64,000 nucleotides of DNA, taken from Mobula hypostoma (Eukaryota). Every line of letters starts with the position of its first letter. Within the stretch, counting starts at the first letter, position 1. Below, one piece after another: positions 24,911 to 38,466 of the stretch. Made by a program: the position numbers and the translations under genes. The stretch spans positions 108,130,001 through 108,194,000 of the forward strand of contig NC_086107.1 in the NCBI RefSeq assembly GCF_963921235.1, given 5' to 3'. The notes below the pieces were generated by a model. That model was not told where the DNA came from. It worked only from the letters and a program-made list of their open reading frames with translations, and ran no database searches.

Positions 24911-26415
24911 GGCATTCACAGTAGAACAAAGTAATTTAATACAATGTATTGTGGTCAACTGCAGATTTATGTGGCATTAATGGACTCATGGCCTCAAGCC
25001 GCGGTGTTGCCTGTTTACAGCCTCCAGGAGAGGGGCGTCAGAGCTGGCGCGCTCCACCGGGGGCGGTGTGGCATGGCATCCAGGCTGGAGTCGGTGCTGC
25101 CCCCCAGTGTTCGCTGGGCAGAAGACAAGCTGTATTGTGGTCGACTGCAGATTTCCGCAGCATTCATGGACTCAGGGTCTGGACATTTTTTGTGTGGCTG
25201 TATTTTATTAATATCTTTACGTGCTTGCTATCTTGTATTTGCTATATGTGCTTTGTGCCGTGTGTGACTATTGGTGCTGTGTTTTGTACCTTGGCCCTTG
25301 AGTAACGCTGTCTCATTTGGCCCTGCTCATGAGTATTCTTCTGTGGTTGAATGACAATTAAACGAATTGAATCAATGAAAAGTTACACACAAAGACTGTA
25401 AAAAATGTGTAAAAGAAGACATACTGTGCAAATCAATACGTAAACAAACAAACAAATAAGTAAACAATACTGAGAATATGAGTTGTAGAGTCTGTAGATT
25501 GTGGAATCAGTTCAGAGTTGGGGTGAATGAAGTTATCCGTGGTGGTTCAGGAGCCTAATGGTTGAAGGGTAATAACTGTTCCTGAACCTGGTGGTGTGAA
25601 ACCCAAGTCTCCTTTACCTCCTTTTAGATAGCAGCAGTGAGGGGAGAGAGCATGGCCTGGATGGTGGGGTTCCATGAAGATGGATGTTACTTTCTTGTGC
25701 CTTGACCGCTTTTTGACGGACAAACTGCATAAATGCCATGGCTACAAGGACAGGGCAAAGGCTGTGTATCCCTCCAAGTGGACCACAACCTCGTTGTAGT
25801 GTTTGGAGGCTTGTGTGCCTCAATGACCTGGAGAGCTACATTGGCTGGAGTCAGGGCTTTATGCTTTGGTTCTTGGTAGGGTCACCCATGCCAAACAGGT
25901 CAGAGGGTAGAGGTCAGACGAAGAGTGGTCCACCATTCCTCCAAGCTCAGGAGTTCAGCTCAGCTAACAACCCTAACTGGTAAAACAAAACTGTTATGGA
26001 AAGAGCAATGAAGAATCCTTCTACATCTGAGTGTGACAGTATTCCTGAGTCTCCGTTCAGGACTGACAGTAGTGAAAACCAAACTATCGACATGATGAAG
26101 GAAGCCCAGACGACTGCCAGAGATAGAGGGCTTTCATTGCTGCCCTAACAGCCAGCGGTGTAATAGCTGTGTATCCTGCAGTGAGAATCTTGTCCCTAAC
26201 ACTTCAAAGTCAAGTTTTATTGTCACAGGCATCAGTAAATGTATGCACAGGTGCAATGAAAAACTTATTTGCTGCAGCACCACAGGTGCAAAGCATTGAC
26301 GAAAAGCAGCATTCACAAGAAAAAACAAAAATCAGACATAAACTAAAAATATTGTTTTACAAGGAAGAACAAAATCAGAAAGAAAGAAAAGCTGATGTCC
26401 ATTTTCATGCAAAGT

Positions 26416-27995
26416 CATAGAGCACAGGAACAGGACTTTCGGCCCATCTAGTCCATTCCAAACTATTAATCTGACTAGCCCCCTCAACCTACATCTGGAC
26501 CAAAGCCCTCCATACCCCTCCCATCCATTTAACTACCCAAATTTCTCTTAAATGTTGTAATCGAACCAATATCCACCACTTGTGCTGGCAGCTCGTTCCA
26601 CATTCTCACCATCCTCTGATTGAAGAAGTTCCCCTCATGTTCCCCTTAAACATTTCACCTTTCACCCTTAACCCATGACCACTAGATGTAGACTTACTCA
26701 ACTTCAGTGGAAAAAGCCTGCTTGCATTAATCCTATCTACACCTCTCGTAATTTTGTATAAAAACATAGAAACGTAGAAAACCTACAGCACAATACAGAC
26801 CCTTCGGCCCACAAAGCTATGCCAAACATGTCCTTACCTTAGAAATTACCTAGGGTTACACATAGCCCTCTATTTTTCTGAGCTCCATGTACCTGCCCAG
26901 GAGTCTCTTAAAAGACCCTATCGTTTCTGCCTCCACCACCGTCGCTGGCAGCCCATTCCACGCACTCACCACTCTCTGAGAAAAAAACTTACCCCTGACA
27001 TCTCCTCTGTACCTACTTCCAAGCACCTTAAAACTGTGCCCTCTCGTGTTAGCTATTTCAGCCCTGGGAAAAAGCCTCCGACTATCCACACGATCAATGC
27101 CTCTCATCATCTTATACACCTCTATCAGGTCACCTCTCATTCTCCATCGCTCCAAGGAGAAAAGGCCGAGTTCACTCAACCTGTTCTCATAAGGCATGCT
27201 CCTTGTAAATCTCCTCTGCACCCTTTCTATGGTTTCCACATCCTCTCTGTAGTGAGGCGACCAGAACTAAGCACAGTACTCCAATTGGGGTCTGACCAGG
27301 GTCCTTTATAGCTGTAACATTACCTCTTGGCTCCTAAACTCAATCCCACGATTGACAAAGGCCAATGCACTGTATGCCTTCTTAACCACAGAGTCAACCT
27401 GCGCAGCAGCTTTGAGTGTCCTATGGACTCGGATCCCAAGATCCGTCTGATCTTCCACACTGCCCAGAGTATTACCATTAATGCTATATTCTGTCATTAT
27501 ATTTGACCTACCAAAATGAACCACCTCACTCTTATCTGGGTTGAACTCCATCTGCCACTTCTCAGCCCAGTTTTGCATCCTATCAATGTCCCGCTGTAAC
27601 CTCTGACAGCCCTCCACACTATCCACAACACCTCCAACCTTTGTGTCATCAGCAAATTTACTACCCCATCCCTCCATTTCTTCATCCAAGTCATTTATAA
27701 AAATCGCAAAGAGTAGGGGTCCCAGAACAGATCCCTGAGGCACACCACCGGTGACCGACCTCCATGCAGAATATGACCTGTCTATAAACACTCTTTGCCT
27801 TCTGTAGGCAAGCCAGTTCTGGATCCACAAAGCAATGTCCCTTTGGATTCCATGCCTCCTTACTTTCTCAATAAGCCTTGCATACGTCTATCAAATCTCC
27901 CCTCATTCTTCTACATTCTAGGGAATAAAATACTAACCTATTCAATCTGTCCCTGTAACTCAGATCCTCAAAGCTTGGCATCATCCTTGTATCTG
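26416..27995 (-). mobile_element. CR1 (26761-27881) nested in an older CR1
   Basis: The inner copy has RT ORF 27306-27830 (GVPQGSVLGP, FADD) and a (ttctatgt)-type tail. The outer copy resumes at ~27882. Confidence 0.9.
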
Positions 27996-28559
27996 TAACC
28001 TGTCAAGTGGGGAATCGTGCACAATTCTGATTTGATGGAGACAGATGTGAGAGTATGGAGGAACATCTGGAAAACTTCTGAAATGCCCGCTTCGCTGCTG
28101 CTGTTACTGTGTGGTAATCGGAATCTCCGGAGCAGAAGGCCCCGAATCCTCGGCTTTGCTTGTTTCAGCAGCCAGGGCTAGGTCGAAGGCGCTCGGCAGA
28201 GGATGGCACTCGGGAGGCTGTATCGGAGGGGCTGGTCGGAGGCCCGAAGTTTTCGGACGGACGGACTCAGTGTCGGCTGTGGTCAGCTGCTTCCAAGGCA
28301 TCGGCAAGTTGACGGTGTCTGGAGGATTATGGCAGGGAGTTTCTCCCTTTTGCCACCTGCTATCGGGGACTCGGGAGTCAATCGGGACTTGAGACTTTTT
28401 TTTACCGTGCCCATGGTCTGTTCTTTATCAAATTATGGTATTGTTTTGCACTGCTGTAACTGTATGATATAATTATGTGGTTCTGTCAGTGTTAGTCTTT
28501 GGTTTGTCCTGTTTTCTGTGATATCACTCCGGAGAAACATTGTATCATTTCTTAATGCA

Positions 28560-29492
28560 TGTATGCGGATGACACGAAGCTGGGTGGCAGTGTTAGCAGT
28601 GAGGAGGATGCTAAGAGGATGCAGGGTGACTTGGATAGGTTGGGTGAGTGGGCAAACTCATGGCAGATGCAATTTAATGTGGATAAATGTGAAGTTATCC
28701 ACTTTGGTGGCAAAAATAGGAAAACAGATTATTATCTGAATGGTGGCCGATTAGGAAAAGAGGAGGTGCAACGAGACCTGGGTGTCATTATACACCAGTC
28801 ATTGAAAGTGGGCATGCAGGTACAGCAGGTGGTGAAAAAGGCGAATGGTATGCTGGCATTTATAGCGAGAGGATTCGAGTACAGGAGCAGGGAGGTACTA
28901 CTGCAGTTGTACAAGGCCTTGGTGAGACCACACCTGGAGTATTGTGTGCAGTTTTGGTCCCCTAATCTGAGGAAAGACATCTTTGCCATAGAGGGAGTAC
29001 AAAGAAGGTTCACCAGATTGATTCCTGGGATGGCAGGACCTTCATATGAAAAAAGACTGGATGAACTGGGCTTGTACTCGTTGGAATTTAGAAGATTGAG
29101 GGGGGATCTGATTGAAACGTATAAGATCCTAAAGGGATTGGACAGGCTAGATGCAGGAAGATTGTTCCCGATGTTGGGGAAGTCCAGAACGAGGGGTCAC
29201 AGTTTGAGGATAGAGGGGAAGCCTTTTAGGACCGAGATTAGAAAAAACTTCTTCACACAGAGAGTGGTGAATCTGTGGAATTCTCTGCCACAGGAAACTG
29301 TTGAGGCCAGTCCATTGGCTATGTTTAAGAGGGAGTTAGATATGGCCCTTGTGGCTACGGGGGTCAGGGGGTATGGAGGGAAGGCTGGGGCGGGGTTCTG
29401 AGTTGGATGATCAGCCATGATCATAATAAATGGCGGTGCAGGCTCGAAGGGCCGAATGGCCTACTCCTGCACCTATTTTCTATGTTTCTATG
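28560..29492 (+). mobile_element. Young 5'-truncated CR1 with an uninterrupted 280-aa ORF2 C-terminus
   Basis: ORF 28559-29401 begins at YADD; tail ttctatgtttctatg; splits the non-autonomous element 27995-29543. Confidence 0.92.
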
Positions 29493-30279
29493 TAAATGAC
29501 AATAAAAGAGGACTGAGTGTTCTCATAATCTAATCTAATCTAAAAGTGATTGAAGTGTTGGTGATTTCAATTGATTTGCATTATGCTGGTTGGTTCAAGA
29601 AGCAACGGGTTGAAGGGATACAGCTGTTCCTTAATCTGGTGGTGTGGGCCTTCAGGAGAGAGGGAACGTGGGGACACGGTGGGGTGCATGGTGTGATAGA
29701 CAGATGAGAAGAGGTAAAAGGCCAGAGTAGGGAATAGAAGAAGAGGGGAGGGGGAGGGAAGATTCTTTTACCGGAAGGAGAAATTGATGTTCATGCCATC
29801 TGTTGGGAGGCTACTCAGACGGAATATAAGGTGTTGCTCCCCCACCCTGAGGTTGGCCTCATCGTATACTTTTAGCACTACATCTGTTGAAGTTTGTTCA
29901 AGTGTACGGTGATAAGCCATAGCTCCGTCACCCCCTAAGAAAGTAAAGACTACTAGACACAAATCATGTCTGCGAAGGAATACTCACCATTTGCCTGAGA
30001 GAGTGCAGTTCCAACTTGGCACCCTTAAGGACAAGCCAGCCTGCTGATTTAGCAATATAAACATTTCACTGGCACACTATGACCTCGGATGTTTGCCATC
30101 TGCAAAACGCTTTTCAGCAGGCAGAGGATAAGGCCTGCAGCAACGTTTCCCAAACCCGGATCTTTACGACTCAGGGCGAGGAAGGACAGCAGGTGCAGAG
30201 GAACTATCACCTGCAAGTTCCCCTCCAACTCACACACTGTCGTGGCTTTGGCTCATATCAACATAAGCTGACCATGAAG

Positions 30280-30640
30280 CATCGAAACAGAATTAGGTCA
30301 TTCGTCCCATCTTCTAAACTCCCGAAACTCCCGACAGTACAAGCCCAGAGCCATCAAACACTACTCATTCCTGGGATCATTCTCATGAAGCTCCTCTAGG
30401 CCCTTTCCAATGCCAGCACAGCCTTTCTTAGATATGGGTCCCAAAATTACTCATAATGCTCCAAGCGTAGTTTGACCAGTCCCTTAAAAAGCCTCAGCAT
30501 CACATCCTTGCTTTTATATTCTCGTCCTCTCAAAATGATTCGGACATGACATTTGCTTTTCTTACCACCGACTCAACCTGCGAGTTAGCCTTTAAGGAAT
30601 CCTGCATGAGGACTCCCAAGTCCCTTCTGCATTTCCAATT
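30280..30640 (-). mobile_element. CR1 fragment
   Basis: Reverse complement of the CR1 RPHLEY region (agcctcagcatcacatccttgctttt). Confidence 0.75.
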
Positions 30641-31096
30641 TCTGAATCCCTTCATCAAGTCTCTAATCTGGCTCTTTCCATGGACGGCAGCGGCTGAAGA
30701 AATAGCTCACCATCTTCTTGCGAGCAATTGAGGTAGGGAAATACATTTTGGCATTGTCAGCAAAGGCCGCACCGAACGAAAGGATTATAAAATGTAGCCA
30801 TGGGTGAATAGTTAAATTCCCTCATTCGCTGCTTCAGGAAGCCTCACTCTGCTTGCCAGTAAATGACTGTAGATGGAAAGTGAAACAAATGCTGCCCAGC
30901 ACTCTGCGATGTCCCAGCAAGGCATTATAATACTGCCTAACCATAGGCTCTTTCTGTGACATATGGCTTTTTGATAAACAATGGGTTTATCAGGCTACCC
31001 GTATAAAATTTCTCTCTCCATCGCTCATACTCGGTGGCCACTTTATTAGGTACACCTATACACCTGCCTGTTAAGGCCAATATCTAATCAAGTCAA

Positions 31097-31828
31097 CACA
31101 AAATACCCTGCGGATGCTGCGGTCAAAGCAACACTCACAACACGCTGGAGGAACTCAGCAGTACGGGCAGCATCCGTGGAAACGATCAGTCAACGTTTCG
31201 GGCCGGAACCCTTTGTCAGGACTGAAGAGGGAAGGGGCAGTGGCCCTATAAAGAAGGTGGGGGGAGGGTGGGAAGGAGAAGGCTGGTAGGTCCCAGGTGA
31301 AAAACCAGTAAGGGGAAAGATAAAGGGGTGGGAGAGGGGAAGCAGGGAGGTGATAGGCAGGAAAGGTGAAGAAGGAATAGGAGAAAACACAATGGGTAGT
31401 AGAAGGAGGTGGAACCATGAGGGAGGTAGTAGGCAGCTGGGGGAGGGGGCGGAGTGAAACTGGGATAGGGGAAGGGAGGGGGAGGGAACTACTGGAAGTT
31501 GGAAGATTCAATGTTCATACCAAGGGGCTGGAGACTACCTAGATGGTATATGAGGTGCTGCTCCTCCTACCTGAGTTAACCTCATCTTGACAGTAGAGGA
31601 GGCCATGTATGGACATATCTGAATGGGAATGGGAAGCAGAGTTGAAGTGGGTGGCTACTGGGAGATCCTGTCTGTTGTGGCGGACAGAGGGGAGGTGCTC
31701 GACGAAGCGGTCCCCCAGTCTGCGTCGGGTTTCACCGATGTAGAGGAGGCCGCACCGGGAGCACCGGATGCAATAGATGACCCTGACAGACTCACAAGGG
31801 AAGTGTTGTCTCACCTAATTAGTGTTGA
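31097..31828 (-). mobile_element. Penelope-like element 3' part with GIY-YIG endonuclease
   Basis: ORF 31539-31814 VIYCIRCSRCGLLYIGETRRRLGDRFVEH...PVATHFN; 13-bp TSD ctaatcaagtcaa at 31084-31096 and 31829-31841. Confidence 0.92.
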
Positions 31829-31832
31829 CTAA

Positions 31833-34800
31833 TCAAGTCAAGTCAAGTCGATTGTCATTTAATTATATACAAGTATGCTGGTCGGTGGAATAGTGGCATC
31901 TGCACCAGACGGCAAGGTGAGTGGTCCCGGGTTCGAATCCGGCCGGCTCCTTACACGCTTTCCATCCATGCTGGGTTGAGTAACCCGGCCTCATAAAAAA
32001 CAGACAAAAGTGCTAAAGGAACAGTAAGGTTGCTCTCCAGTGCACCACAAGGCGCAGAGAGGAACGACAGTATACAAGTATACCGCCAAATGAGACAACA
32101 CTTCTCCAGACCAGGGTGTAAAGCACAGTGGTATATGTAACACAAAATAACTTGGGAAAGTAAGAATTAAATCTACAAATGAATTATGCATAGATAAGCA
32201 AACTAAAGTGCATAAATTAAATATCGTAGGATACAGTACAGATTATCCGGTGACACTTCAAATGGGATGCGGCAGGGAGTTCAGAAGCCTAATGGCCTGA
32301 GGGAAGAAGCTGTTTCCCATCCTGACTGTTCTTGTTTTTATGCATCAGAGTCTCCTGGCTGATGGTAGAAAGTCAAAGAGGGTGCTGGATGGATGGCTGG
32401 GATCCTTAATAATACTAAGGTCCCTGCGTATGCAGCGCTCCTGATAAATGTCCTCGATGGATGATAGGAGGACCCCCCCATGATCCTCTTGGCTGTTCTC
32501 ACAGTCCTTTGTAGGTCCAATGCTCTGCTGCTCCCATACCAGAGGGAGATGCAACCTGTCAGGACGCTGTCAATGGTGCTCCTGTAAAATTCAGTTAAGA
32601 AGGTGGGGTGGGGGGTGTGGAAGACCCTTGCTTGCATCAATCTCCTCAGAAAGTGGAGCCGCTGCTGTGCTTTATTTAAGGAGGTGATACTGAGGGGCAA
32701 AGTGAGGTTGTCTGTGATGTGAACTCCCAGGAACTTGGTGAACTTAACTCTCCCTATGGAAGTGCAATGTATACGCAGAGGGGTTTGGTTCATCTGCACT
32801 TTCCTAAAGTCCACAATCATTTCCTCGGTCTTCTCCATGTTCAGACTTAGGCTGTTGGTCTCACACCAATCCAGCAGCCGCTCCACTTCCTCCCTATACT
32901 CCGTCTCATGATAAGGCCAGCCACTGTTGTGTCATCTGCAAACTTGATGACACGGTTTGCGTCGGCAGTGTGAACAGCAGAGGTCTGAGCCCAGAGCCCT
33001 GGGGAGCGTCAGTACTCAGTGCAATGGGAAGTGAGACATTGCTGTCCACACAGACTGACTGTGGCCTTTCTGTTAAGAAGACCAGGATACAGTTACAGAG
33101 GAAGGCAGTGAGACCCAGCGACGACAGTTTCCCCAGTAGGTTCTGGGGTATGATGGTGTTAATCACCAAACTGAAGTCTATAAACAGCAGCCTGGTATAG
33201 TATGAGACCCCATTTTCTAGGTGGGACAGGGCAGAGGCTATTGCATCCTCTGTGGATTGATTTGAGCAGTAAATGAACTGGAAATGTTTCAGTGTAGCCA
33301 GGAGAAGGGCTTAATGTGCTCCATGATCAGCCACATAAAACATTTCAGAATGGTTGACGTTAACGCCACTGGGCGATAGTCATTTAGGCAGATTACTGTT
33401 GCCTTCTTTGGCACTGTACTGATGGATGCTGCCTTGGAACCTGACAGGGGACAATGGACTGTTCCAGAGAGATGTTGAATATATCAACATCTCCTTCAGC
33501 TGGGCTGCACGGTCTTTCAGAGCCTGATTTGGTATATTATCGGGCCCTGTAGCTTTGCGTGGGTTGACTCTGGCCAGGGTCTTCCTCACCTTAGCTTCAG
33601 CGGGACGGAGTGTCTGCTCCCCTGGGGTGAGAGGTACCTTCCTCATCGGCACTTGGTTCTGCGCATCAAACTGGGCGTAAAAAGGCATTCAGCCTGTCAG
33701 GGAGTGAGGCATCCTGATCGCTGATGCACAGAATCAGGTTTATTATTTCCTTATTATCACCGGCAAGTGTCATGAAATTTGTTAACACTGGGTAGACTTG
33801 TCACCTGAAATCCTCTGAATTCCCTGCCACATGTGACTTATGGCTCTGATATCACAGAGGTCATTGTACATTCCCTGAGAATGCCCCTGTTTCGCCTTCC
33901 TGATGGAGCGGGAAAGCACAGTTCTGTCACTTCCCCGATCATCATAATCCCTCGGCCATGTATGGACCTCAGTAGTAAACCTATTTGCCCTCACCCGGTT
34001 GCCTTTTGTGATGGTAATTTAGTTGATCACAGAATCCACAGTTTAGATTGGATTAGATTATGAGGACACACGGTCCTCTTTTATTGTCATTCAGTAATGC
34101 ATGCATTCAGAAATGATACAATATTCCTCCGGTGTGGTCCAAAAACTAAGAGCTCTGACCAGCCCTCCGACACCGAGCACCGAGCACCATCTCTGCCGAA
34201 CGTTTCGACCCCAGCCCCGGCTGCCAGCAGCAGGCAAAGCCGAGGATTTTGGGGCCTTCCCTCCAGAGATTCTCGATTGCACAGTAACAGCGGCAGCGAA
34301 CCGGGCATTTCGGAAGTTACTCCAGATGTTCCTCCGTGCTCTCACGGCTGTCTCCATCAAATCAGAATTGTGCACGGCCCCTATTTAACAAATACGATAT
34401 CATTTCACCGGAGAGGCTACGCATGCTGCGTCGCGCCGCCATCTTCTCCTCCCGCCACATAACATGTTAACATGGCTGCCTCCCTGAACATACTTTGTGT
34501 TCTCAAAGCAGTCCTGCAATGCTGAGATTGCTCCCTCGGGCCAGGTTTTCACCACCTTTTGAGCTGTCTGGCCCATTTAATCAGTGGTTTGTATGCTGGA
34601 ATTAGCATAACGTGTAAGTGATCTGAGACCCCAATGTGAGGCAGGGGAACTGCTCTCTATGCACCTGGTATGTCAGGATAAACCGGGTCCAGTCTGTTAT
34701 TACCTCCGGTAGCAAAAATAACATGCTGGTGGATTTTAGGCAGGACTGTCTTTAGATTTGCATGGTTAAGTCACCAGCGATAATGAAGATACCAACGGAG

Positions 34801-35535
34801 TGTTTGGTTTGAAGGTCAGTGATGGCACTGTTGAACTCAAGCAGAGAGAAGGGGTAATGCTGTATACAGCTACCTACACAAACTAATGAACTCCCTCAGT
34901 ATATAAAACGGTCTGCACTTCACAAAAATGAGCTCAATCATCGGTGAACGGTGGGACACCGCTGCTAAAGCGTCCCTACACCAGTCTTCGTTACAGCATG
35001 TAAGCACAGATTCCGCCACCGCGGGTCTTGCCTGAGATCGCTGGAAACATGGTGGCCCGGAACGTACTGAAACCCTCGAGCTGGATGGCCGCATCCGGGA
35101 TGGTGTCCTGAAGCCACGTTTCTGTGGGGAGGAGGGCGGAGATGCTCCTCACCTCTCGCCGGATCTATCTCGGGCAGTCCGGTTTATTTTCAAGTGGGTG
35201 GACGTTTGCCCTTAAGAACGACGGGAGAGCTGGACTGTGGGGCTTCAATCAGAGTCCTGGATCCCAGTGCGCTTCCTCCCTCTTTTACTTTCTTGCGCAC
35301 CGCTTCCGATGGCGTCCCCCGCGAATGGCTGTAGCAGGAAAAGTGTGCGCAGTAAGCCCAAGCTTCCGAGCTCCTCGGGAGTCCACCAGTTCACTGACGA
35401 GGTGGAACTTCCGTGCACAGTATATTGAACAGCCAGCAGCGTTTTCCATTCATAACAAAGACGTACAGGACATGGATGAAGTATTACACCTGGAGACCGA
35501 GAGGTCGCTCCATCTGAATGTGCTGCTCTCTTACC
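31833..35535 (-). mobile_element. Apparently full-length, decayed Rex1/Babar LINE (APE + RT)
   Basis: In order on the minus strand: YEWKTLLAV N-terminal motif, ETWLQD (~35105-35122), GD-NH (~34755), GLSDH (~34620), KATGPDNIP, APQGS, KFADD (~32931-32945), KFLGVHIT, HP-LPS, then a (cttga)n tail. Confidence 0.88.
31877..32070 (+). mobile_element. tRNA-derived SINE with 11-bp TSD
   Basis: ggttcgaatcc B-box; tatacaagtat at 31866-31876 and 32071-32081. Confidence 0.85.
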
Positions 35536-35936
35536 AATCAACAACTCATGTGGCAGTAACTCCATGCATAAAAGCACGCAGACGTGGTCAAGAGGTTCAG
35601 TTGTTGTTCAGACCACAAGAAATGTGATCTAAGTGACTTTGACCATGGAATTATTGTTGGTGCCAGATGAGGTGGTTTGAGTATCTCAGAAACTGCCAAT
35701 CACCTGGGATTTTCTCACACACAACAGTCTCTAGAGTTTACAGAGAACGGTGCGAAAAGCAAAAAACATCCAGTGAGCGGCCGTTCTGTGAGCGAAAATT
35801 ATTTGTTAATGAGAGAGGTCAGAGGAGAACGGCCAGACTGGTTCAAGCTGACAGGAAGGTGACAGTAACCCAGATAACCACACGTTACAACAGTGGTGTG
35901 CAGAAGAGCATCTCTGAATGCACAACATGTCGAACT

Positions 35937-36385
35937 TCAGAATCAGAATCAGGTTTATTTTTACTGGCATGTGTCGTGAAACTTGTTAACTTAGCAGCAG
36001 CAGTTCAATGCAATACATAATATAGAAGAAAAATAATTATAATAATAAATAAATAAATTACAGTATACATATATTGAATAGATTAAAAATCGTGCAAAAA
36101 ACAGAAATGTATATTAAAAAAGTGAGGTAGTGTTCATGGGTTCAATGTCCATTTAGGAATCGGATGGCAGAGGGGAAGAAGCTGTTCCTGAATCACTGAG
36201 TGTGTGCCTTCAGGCTTCTGTACCTCCTTCCTGATGGTAACAGTGAGAAAAGGGCATGCCCTGGGCGCTGGAGGTCCTTAATAATGGATGCTGCCTTTCT
36301 GAGACACCGCTCCCTAAAGATGTCCTGGGTACTTTGTAGGCTAATACCCAAGGTGGAGCTGACTAAACTTACAACCCTCTGCAGC
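35937..36385 (-). mobile_element. Rex1/Babar LINE 3' end
   Basis: ORF 36193-36468 (KAASIIKD...GHALFSLLPSGRRYRSL) and a (ctgatt)n tail. Confidence 0.85.
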
Positions 36386-37954
36386 TTTGAAGTGGATGGG
36401 CTGCAGCAGCCAGAGACACCTAATAAAGTGCCCACTGAGTAACGAGGTCGCTCTGCTCCTGGACACACTTGGGAACTGTGCTGTCTGGTTCACATTGTCA
36501 CTCCTTGCTTGTTTTCCCCTGCCAAAGTGCATCATTTCACACTTATCTCTACTGGATTTCTCCTGCCTCCTGACTGCCCATTCTGTCAACCCATCCACGT
36601 CCTGTTAGAGTTCATTACAGTCCTCCTTGCTGTTAATCACACTTTCCAGCAGCGTGTCATAACTTCAGTTCTCTGCGATGATTAGAAGAGCCGGAATCGC
36701 TCTCCTCAGAGTTTAAACAGCAGAGAGACTTGCATCTCAATGGGTATCTCAAAGCATCTTACCTAATGCTACACTTCTTTCAGAAAGATGTAGATAAATT
36801 GTGCACATGATGTAGATAATTTCTGCCACGAAGTAGATAATCGGTGCGCAGAATGCTGTCCGGAACAGCAACTTGATAATGAGACAGATAATCTGCTTGA
36901 CTGAGTGACAAATGTTGCCCTGTAACACCAGGAGAAAATCATCTTCTTCAAACAAAGATGAGCTTTATTTGTCACATGTACATCGAAACATGTGTCACTG
37001 CATCGTCGTCTCTGCGATGTGCTGCGGGGGGGGGGTAGTTCACACGTGTCGCCACGCTTTTGCTGGCAACTTAGCATGCCCGCAGCTTACGAACTCTAAA
37101 CATACATCTTTGGAACGTGGGAGGAAACCAGAGCACCCGGAGGAAACACAACTGGTCACGGGGTGCAGACGGTAGCGGAATTGAACACCAGTCAGTGATC
37201 ACTGGCGTTGTAAAGCGATCTCTCTGACTGTTATTCTATATCCTTGTGTTATTCTGGACAATGAAATTATTATCACAGATAATGCCATGTGCTCTATTAT
37301 AACTTGAAAGAGCAGATGGGGTTTTGGGTTTGGGTTTCACGGTAAAGTTAGCACTTCTGCGTCGTATTTTACTGACATTCCATACGTGCTTGCTGTCTTG
37401 AGTACACGAGGACTGGGCCTCAAGCTGCCGTGTCACCTGGGGGCGGCGTTGGAGCAGGTGTGCTCCACTGGGGGGGGAGTGGGGGCGGTGTGGTGTGGCG
37501 TCCAGGCTGGAGACGTTACTGCCCCTCAATGCTCGATGGCACAAGTTTTGTTCTCTTTTATTGCGTGATAGTGGAACCATTTGTGCTTGTGTGTGCTTTG
37601 TTCTGTGTATGACTTTTGGTGATGTGTTTTGGACCTTGACCCTGGAGTAACACTGTCTCGTTTGAATTCATGTAGGGGTGAATGACAATTAAACTTGAAT
37701 TGAATTGACAATGCAACACTTCCAGGTACCATTCCTCTGATGGTATGGTGTTCCTTGTACTACACCAGAGGGTCAGTTTACAATTTAAATTTTTTTTTTC
37801 ATTTAGAGGTTCTGTACATTCACAGGCTCTCCTGGCTCAAGGAGCCCACGTTGCCCAATTGCCTCCAAGTGACCAACTAATCTACTAACCCATACGTGTT
37901 TGGACTGTGGGAGGAAACCCACACAGTCACAGGGAGAACAGGGAGAAAATCCTA

Positions 37955-38466
37955 CAAAAGGTAGTGGATTCACCCAGTACATCATGGGTAAAGCCTTCCC
38001 AGCCATTAAGCACATCTACATGAAATGCCGTGGTCGGAAAGCAGCGTCCATCATCAGAAATCCCCACCACCCAGGTCATGCTCTCTTCTTGCTGCTGTCA
38101 TTAGGGAAAAGGTATAGGAGCCTCAGGACTCGAACCCCCAGGTTCAAGAACAGTTACTACCCCTCAACCATCAGGCTCTTGAATAGAAGAGGATAACTAC
38201 ACTCACTTGCCCCATCATTGAAATGTTCCCACAACCAATGATCTCAATTAAGGACTCTTTATCTCATTATCTCATGTTCTCACTACTTATATTTGCATTT
38301 TCACAGTTTGATGTCTTCTGCACTCTGGTTGATCTTTCATTGATCCTCTTATAGTTACTATTCTATAGATTTGCTGAGTATACCCTCAGGAAAATGAGTC
38401 TCAGGGATGTATATGGTGACATGTACATACTGTACTTTGATAATAAAGTTTACTTTGAACTTTGAA
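37955..38466 (+). mobile_element. Rex1/Babar LINE 3' end inside a V-SINE-like element
   Basis: ORF ...HPGHALFLLLSLGKRYRSL...SYYPSTIRLLN and tail actttgaactttgaac. Confidence 0.8.

Larger units (their letters stand above)
31028..36441 (+). mobile_element. Tc1-like transposon relic hosting multiple nested insertions
   Basis: Left end actcggtggccactttattaggtacacc (31028-31090) and resumes at ~35535. Transposase HTH remnant in ORF 35667-36020 (TVSRVYRE...RLVQADRKVTVTQIT). Right end cctaataaagtgcccactgagt. Confidence 0.82.

Noticed and set aside
28559..29401. Intact 280-aa ORF as a domesticated gene
   Set aside because: It is a 5'-truncated CR1 with its tail, nested inside another repeat; being intact reflects recent insertion.
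35124..35627. 167-aa ORF and CpG-rich patch as a gene or promoter
   Set aside because: It is the antisense reading of the Rex1/Babar 5' region running into Tc1 sequence.
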